Positions 12,506 to 25,937 of a stretch of DNA of 64,000 nt are shown here, piece after piece. The DNA lies in assembly GCA_951406725.2 (NCBI GenBank), contig OX597814.1, positions 11,966,001 through 12,030,000 on the forward strand, written 5' to 3'. A model generated the notes under the pieces. That model was not told the origin of the DNA, made no database searches, and was given only the letters and a program-made list of their open reading frames with translations. A program made the translations under genes and the position numbers. This stretch comes from Octopus vulgaris. Taxonomy: Eukaryota. Each line of letters starts with the position of its first letter. Within the stretch, counting starts at the first letter, position 1.

Positions 12506-13911
12506 TATCTTGGTTCTGCTCGGAGAATCAATATAGTAAGGCTGTATAAATTATTTATCTGTATATCATATACTATTGTTAAGAAAATTATGCTTTTCTG
12601 CAGGAAGAGAACCTTAAACTCTATATACAGCTAACACACTTTCATACCATATATATATGTATACATTGGAATGATGCAAAGAAGATTAGACTGGCACCCG
12701 GGATGACACCAGGGATGACATGCAAACAAAGCATTCTATGTTATTTTTTTAAAGGAGTGGCGCATTAGCAGATTCAATGAAATGATTGGCTATCTATATT
12801 CCTTTATGCTCTGTGTCCAAATCCTGCCCAGATCGAATTAACCTTTCTCCCCTCCAAGGCTGATAAAGTGAACCAGTCTGCGAGAACTGTGGTTGATGTG
12901 ATTGACTGTGCATTTGAAGGCGATGCTCCAGCATACAGCTAAAGTATGGTGGCTTGTGAAGGATTAAAGGATGCAAATGTGTGTGTGTGTGTGTGTGTGT
13001 GTGAAAATAATAAATGTTGCACCTCATTTTCCCCACTCTCTGAAGTCAACAATAACAGTCTCTTGTATGTATGTTGTTGGTCATGAAAGCCTTGAGCAGT
13101 ACTTTATTGTACTAGTGTTGAGATCAACAACATTTACATTTGTCCAGTGCATGTTGTGTGTGTATGTATATGTCTGCATGTGTGTGTGCTTCTAGCTCTT
13201 TCCCTCCCTCCCCCCTTTCTCTCCCTCTTTACACACGCACACACACATATACACACACACACACGCACACACACACACAAATTCCCTTTGGCAGCATACT
13301 GAATATAAATGCATTTTTTAAAAGCTTTGATCTGCTATGATCATTCAAGCAATTAGAGAAAAAAAACTCCCTCAGATGTTAAAAAAAATGTGAAAATAAT
13401 ATGAAAGGGAGATAAGTACAACAAAATCTGGTAATTAAACATTTTCAACTCTAATTGCTCGTGTGAGAGACTATCATACTGGAAATTTGGTCTTAAAGTC
13501 TGCAGAATGATTTCCTGAATTCTTCCCCCAGTCAGATTGTTGATATTCATAATCAGCATTACTACATTCCTTTTATTTATCTTTGTGTATATTGATCACT
13601 TCTGTTGTCTTGTCACCCAAGTAAAATATGCTCCATTGAGGAAGTCTAATAAGACAGAAACATGTCTTGCTTTAATCAGTTAGATCAGATTCTCTCCAAT
13701 ATTGCTTCGTCTATATTGTCTAAAAATTCCTATCACTTGGTATTGAAATTATCTCCCTTGCTTGTTTTTCAGAAGTGAAATGCTAACTATAGTTTTTATT
13801 TACTAATTGCTTGGATAATCTTAGTTGAGCAGTTGTTCAGCTAAATTTATTACATAGGAGAGAATCGACGACGACTACTACTACTACTACTACTACAACA
13901 ACAACACATAA

Positions 13912-13944
<33 letters not shown>

Positions 13945-16196
13945 AATGCGTACATTTAATCACATTTGTGGTTATGTGCACATGCAATTTGCTTTCAGCG
14001 TATATATATATATATATATATATATCCTTTCTCATATTACATATAACTGTGTGCCTACAATTCCTTTGTCCAGTCCAATTTCCCTTCCCGGTTTGTCTGT
14101 GCATCTCATCTCTCTTCTCTTTCAAATAAAAGGACAGAAAACAAGTTCATTGAGTTGCTAAAAACACCTAAACATAATCATCTCGTGTGTGTGTGCACGT
14201 GCACGTTTCCTTGTATTGCTGTGTGTGTGTGTGTGTGAGGGAGAGAGAGAGAGAAAAATTTGTATATTATTATACACTTTCTCGATGAATCCAACGAGCC
14301 GTTGAGTAGAATCACCCAGTTTGCTAGAAGCAACTGCCAAATAACCCACAAATCAAATCCCCTTACCGGTGTTAAACAAATCTGGAGGACACATTCGATA
14401 TTGTACTCCTAGATACACTTGGTGGTGGGGGGGGGGGAGAAAAATAGGATTGCAATAGTTGGAATGCTTTTGGTAGTAAATTTTAATCAATAAAAGTTGA
14501 CTTGAGTTAAACATGAAATGTAAAATATGAAATGCTAAACAGCAAAAACATATTGAACACTTGCACGCAAGATAAACTGCTATGTTTAATGTTTATACCA
14601 CTATACTTTTGTCCTGTAGGACAATTAGGCATTTAAAATTTGGGCTTTAAGCCAAACTCTTTATCTTTTGGCTTTAGGGTTGATTTTTCTATCTAATTTA
14701 AGGTTATTATATTGTGTTCATCTTAAGGTTTATTTATGCGAGTGGGTTTGAGATTGGCAGTTACTGGTAAGAAATAGAGAGCCAGAGGGGTCTCTCAGAT
14801 TGCTCTGTACTTTTATTTTTTTAAATTAAAAAAAATATAAAGGTCTTTGTAATATCCGTATACATTTGAAAGATGTCATCTCTTCAAACATAGATTGAAC
14901 ACATGCCTAGAGGATAGCATTTTTTTTTATATAGATGCATACGTAGATTTTTTTTTGTCTTTTAAAATATCGTATGCTTTTGTTTTTTTATTTGGTCTAA
15001 ATTTTATTTTTGCATCTATAAATGGAAATTGGTGATTCAATTAATATGCTCTTTTATTATTATTACCATAGAGTTAAAAGATTAGAGCCAAAAAAAGAAA
15101 GCCAGGAATTGAGCTATGTATTACCTGAACTTTTTGGTTGAGTCTGGAATTCCTTATACAAATACTGAGTCTTTAGTGTTTTGGAGCATGCAAGCAACCA
15201 TGGCAAAACCATAGGCTTCATCATACAGCTCACAGTATAATTTTGACTGGAACCTTTTTGTTTGGCTATTTTAAAGGCCAACATGGCAGCTTAAACATAA
15301 AGAGACATTTAATGTAATGTTCCTTCTGCTTTTTCAGATCTTGAGATTAAATCAAAGAAAGTGGGAAAAACATTTAATAATCTGTTCCGTTTGTATTTGG
15401 AGATTGTCAAGTTTTTGGTGGATATCTTGTATTTGCAGTTTGCATGATATGTGGTGTGCAAGTAAGAGGAATGTGGAAAAAATGTGCGATGTGCAAGTCC
15501 TGCATCATTGAGCACCATCATTGTTCTAATGTCTATTTTCCCATGCTTGCATGCGTGAGACATGACTTCTTTGAGGCAGTTATTTCAATGACTGGATGTC
15601 CTTTCTGATGCCAACTTTTACCTGTTTCCATGCAAGGTAATCCTCAATCTATTAAAAAAACTAACAGCCTGGACAACCTGTCATGCAGAACTACAAATAA
15701 ACAGCAATTTGTATGAATGGTGATATGCTTTATTTACAATCAGTGCAATAAGGTCAAAAAGCCCAGACATGCTTTCACAGTGGGCCGCAAACAATGACAC
15801 TGTATGAATGGTGAATTTTTTGTTTACAATCAGTCCACATATGTCAAGATGAATGGAAATCTGTACTTAGTCACTCATACAAACACACATGAAGACACAA
15901 ACACTCATACATGTGAATGTGCATGGCCTAGTGGTTAGGGTGTTGCACTTCTGATTGCTAGATTGTGGGGTACTGGGTGGTACTTTGTGCTCTTGAGCCA
16001 AAGACTTCATTTTAGGTTGCTCCAGTCCAGTCAGCTGTAAATGGGTCACCACCCTATGATGGAATAGCCTTCTGATCAGGGGAATGTTGGCCTGCTTGCA
16101 TAACCAGCAGGGTGGCATCGTTTGTAAGCTAAAATGATGCAAAGCATATTATACCCAGCAATGTGTAACAACATACAATAGTCTGGTCAATCACGT

Positions 16197-16241
<45 letters not shown>

Positions 16242-16521
16242 ATGACATGCTTGTTCCAGTTTCTGTCTGTCAAATTTCACACACAAGGTATTAGTCAGCT
16301 AGGGCTGTAGGAGAGGTCACCTGCTGACAGTGTCCCAGCAAAAGTGCTGAGCCCCTCACCTTAGGATTCCAAAGTGAACTCCTTAAGCCATACAGCTATG
16401 CCTGTAAGCTTGTAGGTATAAATTAGTTCTGATGCTATTTTTTGCACCTGAATCATTTAATCTTTTAACCATTTTGTGACTTCTGGTTCCTAATTTTCTA
16501 AGAAGTATTGTCATCTGTTAA

Positions 16522-16752
16522 GGTGGCGAGCTGGCAGAATCGCTAGCATGTCGGGCGAAATGCTTAGCGGTATTTTGTCTGCCGTTACGTTCTGAGTTCA
16601 AATTCCACCGAGGTCGACTTTGCCTTTCATCCTTTCGGGGTTGATTAAATAAGTACCAGTTACGCACTGGGGTCGATGTAATCGACTTAATCCGTGTGTC
16701 TGTCCTTGTTTGTCCCCTCTGTGTTTAGTCCCCCTGTAGGTAGTAAAGAAAT
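16522..16752 (+). mobile_element. tRNA-derived SINE family B; copies at 1722-1925, 40561-40785, 42866-43190, 47097-47266, 48860-49075 (+) and 27500-27730, 55820-56010, 63050-63250 (-)
   Basis: ggcgagctggcaga head, GAGTTCAAATTCC B box and conserved gcctttcatcctttcggggtcgataaattaagtacc core. Confidence 0.88.
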
Positions 16753-17602
16753 AAGTATTGTCATCTGTCTTATGTATCACCTAAGTACTAGATATTCTTG
16801 TCACATTTAATGTTTCAACTTAGAAAGTGAACAGCACCAGAGAAGCCATTGTTAAAGGCTGATCCAAGTGTGTTTAACACTGTAAAGCAGTGTTATTACA
16901 TGTTGCTATCAAAAGTTGATAGAGCCTTGTGAGCCAATTAGAGGAAGGGTCTATTAGTATCTGAAAAGTAAAGTACCTAGTGTTTTTTTAATGGCAACTA
17001 CACTGGTGCCTGAGCTAAAAGCATCATTGTCATCATCATCATCATCATCATCTAATGTCCATATTTCATGCTAGCATGGGTTCAATGGTTTGATAGGATC
17101 TGATGAGCCAGGGGTCTGCATTGGGCTAAAGTGTTTACTTTAGCAAGGTTTCTATGGCTGGATGCCCTTCCTAATGCCAACCACTTAACATAGTGTAAGG
17201 GTGCTTTTTTTGTCGCTGTAGCACTATTGAAATTACCATGTACGTTACAAGACAAGACCCCTTGATAGATTTAGGGTGCATTATTGAGAGAGGTGGTTTT
17301 TGTGCCAGGTGTTAAAAAGACAGAAAACAAGTGGTTTTTGTGCCAGGTGATAAAAAGACAGAAAACAAGTGTTTAAGCACTGGAAGCAATGTCACAAAGC
17401 ATTTTGTCTGATGCAGTAACAATCCTGTCAGTTTGCTGCCTTCGTAGTCAATAATTCCAAGAATTAATGCAAGTTAACTGGAAGAGTTTTTGTGTCTTCA
17501 TAGTTGGCTAAAATGACTCTTTCACTGAGCAGTTCTTCCAATTTCACCACAGTCTCAGATTAAGTCACTTGTCAAACAAATTCTTACTCTGAAAATACTC
17601 AT

Positions 17603-18008
17603 GGCACAGGAGTGGCTGTGTGGTAAGTAGCTTGTTTACCAACCACATGGTTCCGGGTTCAGTCCCACTGCGTGGCACCTTGGGCAAGTGTCTTCTACTA
17701 TAGTCTCGGGCCGACCAATGCCTTGTGAGTGGATTTGGTAGACGGAAACTGAAAGAAGCCCGTCGTATATATGTATATATATATATATATATGCGTGTGT
17801 GTTTGTGTGTCTGTATTTGTTCCCCTAGCATTGCTTGACAACCGATGCTGGTGTGTTTATGTCCCCGTTACTTAACGGTTCGGCAAAAGAGGCCGATAGA
17901 ATAAGTACTGGGCTTACAAAAGAATAAGTCCCGGGGTCGAATTGCTCGATTAAAAAAGGCGGTGCTCCAGCATGGCCGCAGTCAAATGACTGAAACAAGT
18001 AAAAGAGT
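17603..18008 (+). mobile_element. tRNA-derived SINE family A with internal (TA/TG)n; other copies at 884-1078, 18560-18932, 24280-24683, 33841-34260 (+) and 49670-50078 (-)
   Basis: Pol III A box (TGGCTGTGTGGT) and B box (GGTTCAGTCCC); near-identical dispersed copies; AAAGAGT tail. Confidence 0.9.
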
Positions 18009-18506
18009 ATGTGTATGTATGAGTATGTAAGTGTGTGTGTGTGTGTGTCTGTAGTTAAAAAGTATATTTCCCAACCACATGGCTCTAGGTTTATTCCCAC
18101 TTTGCAGTATATTGTATAAGTGTCTTTTACTGTTACCCTGGCTTCACATAGGAATGGAAGTTGGTCAACAAAATATTGAGAAGCCTTTCATGTGTCTATG
18201 TGTATGTGTGGGCATGCAGGCAAGTTTGTGTGGAATAGTGTGTGTGTGTGTGCATATATGTGCAAATGCTTGTGTATGTGTGAATGTTTGTGCGTATGTA
18301 TGTGGAAATGTATTCCCGGTTTTATTTTTCAGATTTCTCACCAGTGGTGAAAGAGCTGGGTCTTAGCCTTATTTGTATATTGACAAGAGTAAACTTTGTG
18401 TAAATGCATGCACAATATGCAGACATGGATGTCATTGCATATGTGTGGTTTGTATAAATGTATATATGTGTACTCTCTCTCTCTCTCCCTCCCTCTGTGT
18501 GTATGT

Positions 18507-18557
<51 letters not shown>

Positions 18558-20502
18558 TAGCGTAGGAGTGGCTGTGTGGTAAGTAGTTTGCTTATGAACC
18601 ACATAGTTCCGGGTTTGCACCTTGGGCAAGTGTCTTCTACTACAGACTCGGGCTGACCAAAGCCTTATGAGTGGATTTGGTAGACGGAAACTGAAAGAAG
18701 CCCATCGTATATATATATGTATATATATATATGTACGTGTGTGTGTGTATATGTTTCTGTCTGTGTTTGTCCCCCCAACATAGCTTGATGACTGATGCTG
18801 GTGTGTTTATGTCCTGTAACTTAACGCTTCGGCAAAAGAGGCCGATAAAATAAGTACTAGGCTTACAAAGAATAAGTTCTGGGGTCAGTTTGCTCGACTA
18901 AAGGCGGTGCTCCAGTAAACAAGTAAAAGAGTATATATATCATAGTTTAACTGTTCAGGCCCTCATTTAAAGCTGCCACCTTTTTCCTTGTTCTCCCTCT
19001 CTGGGAGTTCTTTAACTTGGCAACTGGTATCACAATTAAAAAAAAACAACAACGAAACAAAATAACCCTCCCCGTATGCAGTAACAAGAGCTTGGCATTT
19101 GGAAGGGCATCTAACCATAGAAGCATGGTCAAAACTCAAAATTGAGACAGTGGTGCATGATGGCATCTACCATTAAGTGTGATCCTGTCAAACCATCCAA
19201 CCCATGTCAGTGCGGAAAGTGGGTATAAAATAATGATGCCTATCTATCTATATATATAAATATATATATCTGCTGTAATGCATTTGAGCACTTCATTCAT
19301 GAAGTGTATATATATATATATATATATATATTTATGCATGTTTGTGTTTTTTGCACAACACTGCCGGTTAAAGAAAATTAGTGTTTAGTTAAGATGGTAA
19401 TTTAGCCAGTCGGTAAAACATACAATGATGAAATAAACAGCCTGAAATAAGTACTGAGGTTGCTATAATCAATTGAAGGTGGTTCCCTGTCATGGCTGCA
19501 GTCCAATAATTAGAACCAGTAAAAGATGAAAGGGAAAAACATCAATACGCATACACGTGTATGTAATGTATGTTTGCATTTTTATGCATGCACATGTAGG
19601 CATGTGTATGTATACATATATATGCATCCTTTTGTTTATGTATCTTATGTATGCATAATGTTTTTAATTGTGTGTATATATGTGAATGCTCATATTTTCC
19701 CTCCACCTGATTTTAATCACCAAATTTCCAATTAACAAGTTTTTTTTTTATTACTTGCTGATTGCCTTCAATTACCAAGATTTGGACCTAAAATTTTTTC
19801 AATTTTAAATATGTTAACTTGTTTTCTCTAAATGGAGAGAAGAGGTTTGCGTTAAAACAGCCATTAAAATTTGTTAAAAGCAAATTTTATTTGTGGATAC
19901 ATCTGCACAAATGGTTACACGTGTGAGTGTGTTTGTGTATATATGCATGTACATATATATGTGTGTGTTGCTGTGATTTTTGTTTTGCATAAAATTGATG
20001 AGAATATTTGTATATATGGTAATATGCATTATGAATTTTTTTCTTGTGTTGTAATTTTCTGCACACATTTGCAAATTTATGCATTCTCTGATTTTATCAA
20101 AATTGTTCACTTAATTTCATGCATATGTTTGTGTGTGTGTGTGTGTGTGTGTCTAAGTTGTTGGCTTGTCTGAAATTCAATTTTCTGGTTTGAACCAATT
20201 GATGTTACTGTCTGTAGTGGTCTTTCTCAAGACCGCACATCATGGTTCTACCTCTCTCACCCTGTTCTTTTTTTCCTCTCATTTTCTAATGTGTGGCCTT
20301 GCATCTATTTAGGGAAACAGTTATCTCTTTTGAAATATCGGAGTCATTGACAGAACTTTATTAGCCTTTTTTTTTTTTTTCCTTTCTTTCTTTCTTTTGA
20401 AGTAAAACACAAAATTCAGACTGCTTACCACCTGTGAGGAGCCTCTATCATTCATGAGGTTTTGTGTTATTGATCCTTATTATGTAATTTTATCCACTAG
20501 CA

Positions 20503-20792
20503 CAGCAGTGCCCAACCTTTTCTTGCACCATGGACTGGTTACTTGCAAGTCTATTTTTCAACAACAGACTGGAGGGATCACAACAAAAAAGTGCATATTT
20601 ATATTATTTACTTATATATAATACATATATATATATATAATATATAATACATATGCAATACAAAATCACTCTGAAGACTGCAGTAGTCAATAAAATAGAA
20701 ATTAAATTTTAAAATCTATTTCTGTGAAGCTCGGTACCAATATGATCCTTGGCCTAGCTCTGGTCCAAGGCCTGTTTGATTGGGAACCCCTG
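20503..20792. mobile_element. Old hAT-type MITE
   Basis: Termini cagcagtgcccaac / ttgggaacccctg; degenerate 8-bp TSD cactagca/cactaatg. Confidence 0.6.
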
Positions 20793-21645
20793 CACTAATG
20801 GATACAGTTTCTGTTGATGAACCTTTTGCCAACTTTCTCCAAAACATCCAGTGATTCGGACATTTACAATCTCTTATAAAAACGTTGATGTGGTTATCAT
20901 TATCTTTATTATTGAGATCCAACCATGCATAACTATATGAACAATCAAATTGATTGTTTTCAAGATTTGTGACCAAACATAGCTGTATCGTTCATTGAAG
21001 CTCTTTGTTTCAACCAAATGGCTTATTAACAAAACTTCAGAGCAACAGCAACAACCTAACCTGATTCTTTCAAAAAACTGTACAAAAGCTATTGTTACCA
21101 TGAACAACCCCAAAAAGAGTCTATTACTAACAGAGTTGTTATTAACCTCTGTGACCCAACCTGATGAGAGTGTATATTAAACCTACTGAAAATTTATGAC
21201 CCATCCAGGCTGCAATTAGCAGACTACTGAACTGCTATCCCATTTATGGGGCTTTATTGACAACCCAAGAAAAGACTGTTATCAACATCTACTATCCAAC
21301 CAAGTTCTTCTAATGACTTATATTGGTTGTTATAAAAGACCTTAACAAAAAAAAAAAAAAAGAAGAAAAAAAAACCAAAAAACAAAAAAGCAAACACAAA
21401 TAAAACAGAACATTTATGACCTATCATGATCCCCTCCAAGAAGGTGGGCTATATTATAAAAATTTAACAGGTCATTACCAATACTTTTTGCCCCCAATTT
21501 TGTGTAATTAGGTGGATTTTGTTTTTCTTTGCTTTCAGATTTGTATAGATTTTTTTTTTCCTTTCTTTATTTACTTCAATCTTTCACATTGAAGAGAATC
21601 ACTGTAAAATATTAAAAATCTGTGAAAATGTCTGTAAATAGCTGT

Positions 21646-21651
21646 AATAAA
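21646..21651 (+). promoter_or_regulatory. Candidate distal polyadenylation signal for MARCH6
   Basis: AATAAA preceded by four TGTA motifs (21542-21646) and followed by a T/C-rich tract. Other AATAAA hexamers occur earlier. Confidence 0.4.
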
Positions 21652-21730
21652 AACCAAAACAAGAGACGGAATGCAAACTTTGCCAGTACTTACTTGCCTT
21701 GTCTTCATCTTTTCTATCTTCTCATTGTCT

Positions 21731-22505
21731 CTGTCCTGTCCTGTCCTGTCCTGTCCTGTCCTGTCCTGTCCTGTCCTGTCCTGTCCTGTCCTGTCCTGTC
21801 CTGTCCTGTCCTGTCCTGTCCTGTCCTGTCCTGTCCTGTCCTGTCCTGTCCTGTCCTGTCCTGTCCTGTCCTGTCCTGTCCTGTCCTGTCCTGTCCTGTC
21901 CTGTCCTGTCCTGTCCTGTCCTGTCCTGTCCTGTCCTGTCCTGTCCTGTCCTGTCCTGTCCTGTCCTGTCCTGTCCTGTCCTGTCCTGTCCTGTCCTGTC
22001 CTGTCCTGTCCTGTCCTGTCCTGTCCTGTCCTGTCCTGTCCTGTCCTGTCCTGTCCTGTCCTGTCCTGTCCTGTCCTGTCCTGTCCTGTCCTGTCCTGTC
22101 CTGTCCTGTCCTGTCCTGTCCTGTCCTGTCCTGTCCTGTCCTGTCCTGTCCTGTCCTGTCCTGTCCTGTCCTGTCCTGTCCTGTCCTGTCCTGTCCTGTC
22201 CTGTCCTGTCCTGTCCTGTCCTGTCCTGTCCTGTCCTGTCCTGTCCTGTCCTGTCCTGTCCTGTCCTGTCCTGTCCTGTCCTGTCCTGTCCTGTCCTGTC
22301 CTGTCCTGTCCTGTCCTGTCCTGTCCTGTCCTGTCCTGTCCTGTCCTGTCCTGTCCTGTCCTGTCCTGTCCTGTCCTGTCCTGTCCTGTCCTGTCCTGTC
22401 CTGTCCTGTCCTGTCCTGTCCTGTCCTGTCCTGTCCTGTCCTGTCCTGTCCTGTCCTGTCCTGTCCTGTCCTGTCCTGTCCTGTCTTGTCTTGTCTTGTC
22501 TTGTC
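21731..22505. repeat. Pentanucleotide array (CTGTC)151 followed by (TTGTC)4
   Basis: Uninterrupted CTGTC units at 21731-22485. Confidence 0.99.
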
Positions 22506-22788
22506 AGAATATCACGGGACCAACCCGTCCATCAGATGTAGTTACACATCGCTGGTCACAATGCGCTTCGCATTGTTTTTTTAGCCTTCGAATGACGCCA
22601 CCCCGCTGGCTAAGCGAGCAGGCCAACAGAAGAAAGAGTGGTGAAAGAGTACGGCAGGGATCACCACCCCCTGCCGGGGCCTCGTGGAGTTTTTAGGTGT
22701 TTTCACTCACAACGCCCGGTCTGGGAATCGAAACCGCGATCCTACGACCGCGAGTCCGCTGCCCTAACCACTAGGCCATTGCGCCTCC
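22506..22788 (-). mobile_element. tRNA-derived SINE family C; copies at 2553-2856, 48460-48833, 60205-60499 and 61245-61549 (all minus)
   Basis: Head ggaggcgcaatggcctagtggttagggcagcggactcgcggtc...GGTTTCGATTCCC with A and B boxes. Confidence 0.9.
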
Positions 22789-22847
22789 ATGTATTAGAAT
22801 ATATGTGTATGAATGTATATTTCCAAGTGGTTCATTCCAGGTTCAGT

Positions 22848-23290
22848 TCTTGTCTTGTCTTGAGACAGCATTCACCCGGGGTGGGTTGAGCTGGCTTCAT
22901 TCATCCTCAATGCTGCATCTCTTACAAACACCGACCAGGCCTGGCGATTTGAGGCTAACGACCGCGTGATCTCCAACCACTCCTTATTCCAGCGGCGAAC
23001 ACCGTAGGTATGGGAGCCTAGGTTGGGTTCCAGATCAGCCTTGACTGTTATCAGCCAGGTTTTTCGTTGTCCACCACATCGCTTTCGTCAACCCTGAAGG
23101 GGGGAGCTGGGGGCAATTGCTTCGTAGATGAATTCTCCTGGTTGACGACGGAGGGCATGACCCAGCCAACGCAGGCGTCTCGTTAGGATGACTTGTCGGA
23201 GAGAGGTGATTCTGCACTGGTGTCGCACCGAATTGTTGGAGACAAAGTGATGCCAAGCAAACAGGTTCAGTTCCACTGTACGAGTTTTTT
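22848..23290 (-). mobile_element. RTE-like LINE 3' end with CAAGA tail
   Basis: RRLRWLGHALRR...RKRCGGQRKTWLITVKADL...NRQAWSVFVRD. Confidence 0.85.
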
Positions 23291-23441
23291 TTCCCCATCT
23301 TAGCCTTGGGTAAAGTAAGATCTCATGAGTGAAGTCAGGTAAACTGAAAATGGTTGCAAGCCTTTTGGGTGAGCTGTAAAATTTTCTTCACTGTTGAACA
23401 GTTGTTCAATTTGAAGGTCAAAAGCACCAGTATAATCAGGT

Positions 23442-23515
<74 letters not shown>

Positions 23516-23528
23516 GCGCGCATGCAAA

Positions 23529-23921
23529 TCTTTATATATAAAAGTGAAGTTGTGTGTCTGTTTCCTACGATTTAGATTCCTAACTACTCCCACATTTTGC
23601 GGTGCAGTTTAACCAAAACCGGGTATCTTATAGTCGTGATTCATATCGAGCCCTTCTGGGTATTAGCGCGCGTCTACGATGAGTCTACGATTTAAAAAAA
23701 AATTACCATTTTTTCCCATTTTAATGCATTTTTTTCGCTATTATATAAGGGAAGTAACTCTCTAAAAATGTCGACGATGAGTCAACGATTTAAAAAAAAA
23801 TTTACCATAATTTCTTTTCCATTTTTAATGCATTTTTTTGCTATTTTTTGGCTATAACTCTAAAAATGTTTATATAGTTATTTCCATTACAAACCCGAGC
23901 AACGCCGGGCGATACTGCTAG
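23529..23921 (+). mobile_element. Non-autonomous Helitron
   Basis: 5' TC, 3' CTAG, subterminal CCCGAGCAACGCCGGG hairpin, inserted between A and T with no TSD. Confidence 0.88.
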
Positions 23922-24279
23922 TGTTGAATAAATTGAACTAATGAAAGGAGAGTGCTCAGTACATGTAGTAGATGTTCATTTGGCGACTCAAATTTCACAC
24001 CACTGTGACCTTCAGCAAGAACTGTTACAACTCACTCTGGTGCTATATTTATATTCGTTGGTATAGGTGCAATCTCTCGTCTGTTCGTTGTTTTGCTAAT
24101 TGGTTATTATTTTCTGCTTTGTCATTGGTTATCACAACACCCCATAAACATTACCAATGTCCAGAGAGAAAAACAACAGCCTATCAGAAATGAGAACAGT
24201 AGACCAATGAACAGATGCAAGCAAGATGCAGCATTCTCACCAGCGTATGTAACATTTTCCTAAATTGAATTTTAACATA

Positions 24280-24683
24280 GGCGCAGGAGTGGCTGTGTGG
24301 TAAGTAGCTTGCTTACCAACTACATGGTTCCGGGATCAGTCCCACTGCGTGTCACCTTGGGCAAGTGTCTTCTACTGTAGCCTCGGACCGACCAAAGTCT
24401 TGTGAGTGGATTTGGTAGACGGAAACTGAAAGAAGCCTGTCGTATATATGTATATATATGTGTGTATGTGTGTGTGTCTGTGTTTGTCCCCACCAACATT
24501 GCTTGATAACTGATGCTGGTGTGTTACGTCCTCGTAACTTAGCGGTTCGGCAAAAGAATCCTATAGAATAAGTACTAGGCTTACAAACAATAAGTCTTAG
24601 GGTTGGTTTGCTCAACTAAAGGCGGTGCTCCAGCATAGCCGCAGTCAAATGACTGAAAGAAGTAAAAGAGTAAGAGTAAAGAG
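24280..24683 (+). mobile_element. SINE family A, full length
   Basis: Same sequence as 17603-18008. Confidence 0.9.
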
Positions 24684-25699
24684 TTCTTGCTCGAAGACTG
24701 CCGTGGCATAAAACTTGAGTTGCAAGGTAAACATTTAGTTTCAATAAGCTATATATACATATTAGTTATTAGCGATGGAAGCAGTATTGATATCAAAAGG
24801 TAATCTTTATATCCAACATATGTATATGTTTGTATAAACACACATATTCAGATGAAGCCTAGTTGAGCACAGACCTATGTTCAACAGCATTCCATCTGTG
24901 ATCGTCCGATCTTTTTAATAGGCTTCTAGCACTGTGTTTTCTAGTATGTCTTCTCTGTTTTTGAGACTGTGTTGTGTCATTTATAGAAAAAGTTGGCCGC
25001 TATTTCTAATCGCCCGACTGACCACAAAGAAAAGTTCCCTCATTCGCTATTCATTGGAGTACTACTCACATTTGGAATGATGCTGTTGTTACGCACTCAA
25101 ACATCCCCTGATCACACTGAAAAAGCTATTTGACTAACTTATTGGCAAGGTGTCACTTACCAGCACTGTACAACGTCTGGCTGTAGGAACCCGCATTAAT
25201 CGCTTGGAAGTTTTAATTTTTTTCTGCTAGGTGAACGCCCTGACAGATTTTTATAACCATCTCTCTTATCTCGGCAGATCCACCAACTATTTCTGATCAC
25301 AGGGCTGCATGTGATGATGATAAGTATGAAACAGAGTGTTTCAGGTTTCATACAAGTGGAATACTTTTTAACATAGGTCTATTTGAGTGCTCAGCCACAA
25401 CAACCAAACACAAATACAGGCTTACATCCATTATTTTTCTACTTAAATGAAAATGATCAACTGAAGCTTGTTCTACATGGTCGACCTCACCATTGTTATA
25501 TTTACCATATTCTGCGGGAGTGTTGGTGCCCACAGTCTTCCTTTGTGATTATAATCAAAGTGGTTGTCTTGGAGAGCAGAGATACAGTGAATGTCACAGA
25601 CATTCTTCTCCAAGTGTAGTGCCGCTGATTCCGAGAAAGAGGAAATTAATTTACAGCTTAATTGTTTATTTCATCTTTTGATAAACTAAATCAACCAAT

Positions 25700-25937
25700 G
25701 AAGGCGTGTGGCTTAGTGCTTAGGATGTCAGCATCATGATCGTAAGATTGTGGTTTCGATTCCTGGACCGGACGACGCGTTGCGTTCTTGAGCAAAACAC
25801 TTCATTTCACGTTGCTCCAGTTCACTCAGCTGGCAAAAATGAGTAACGCTGCGATGGACTGGCGTCCCGTCCAGCAGGGGAACACATCCGCCATGGAAAC
25901 CGGGCCCATGAGCCTGGCTAGGCTTTAAAAGGGCGCA
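25700..25937 (+). mobile_element. tRNA-derived SINE family D; related copies at 15915-16195 (+), 32035-32271 and 27130-27430 (-)
   Basis: A and B boxes, ttcttgagcaaaacacttcatttcacgttgctccag block and gcgatggactggcgtcccgtccag block. Confidence 0.85.

Noticed and set aside
21622-22696. Long ORFs encoding (VLSCP)n
   Set aside because: Artefact of a stop-free pentanucleotide array that is open in all three frames.
22715-22788. tRNA-like sequences at SINE heads
   Set aside because: Each continues into a SINE body found in multiple copies; not tRNA genes.
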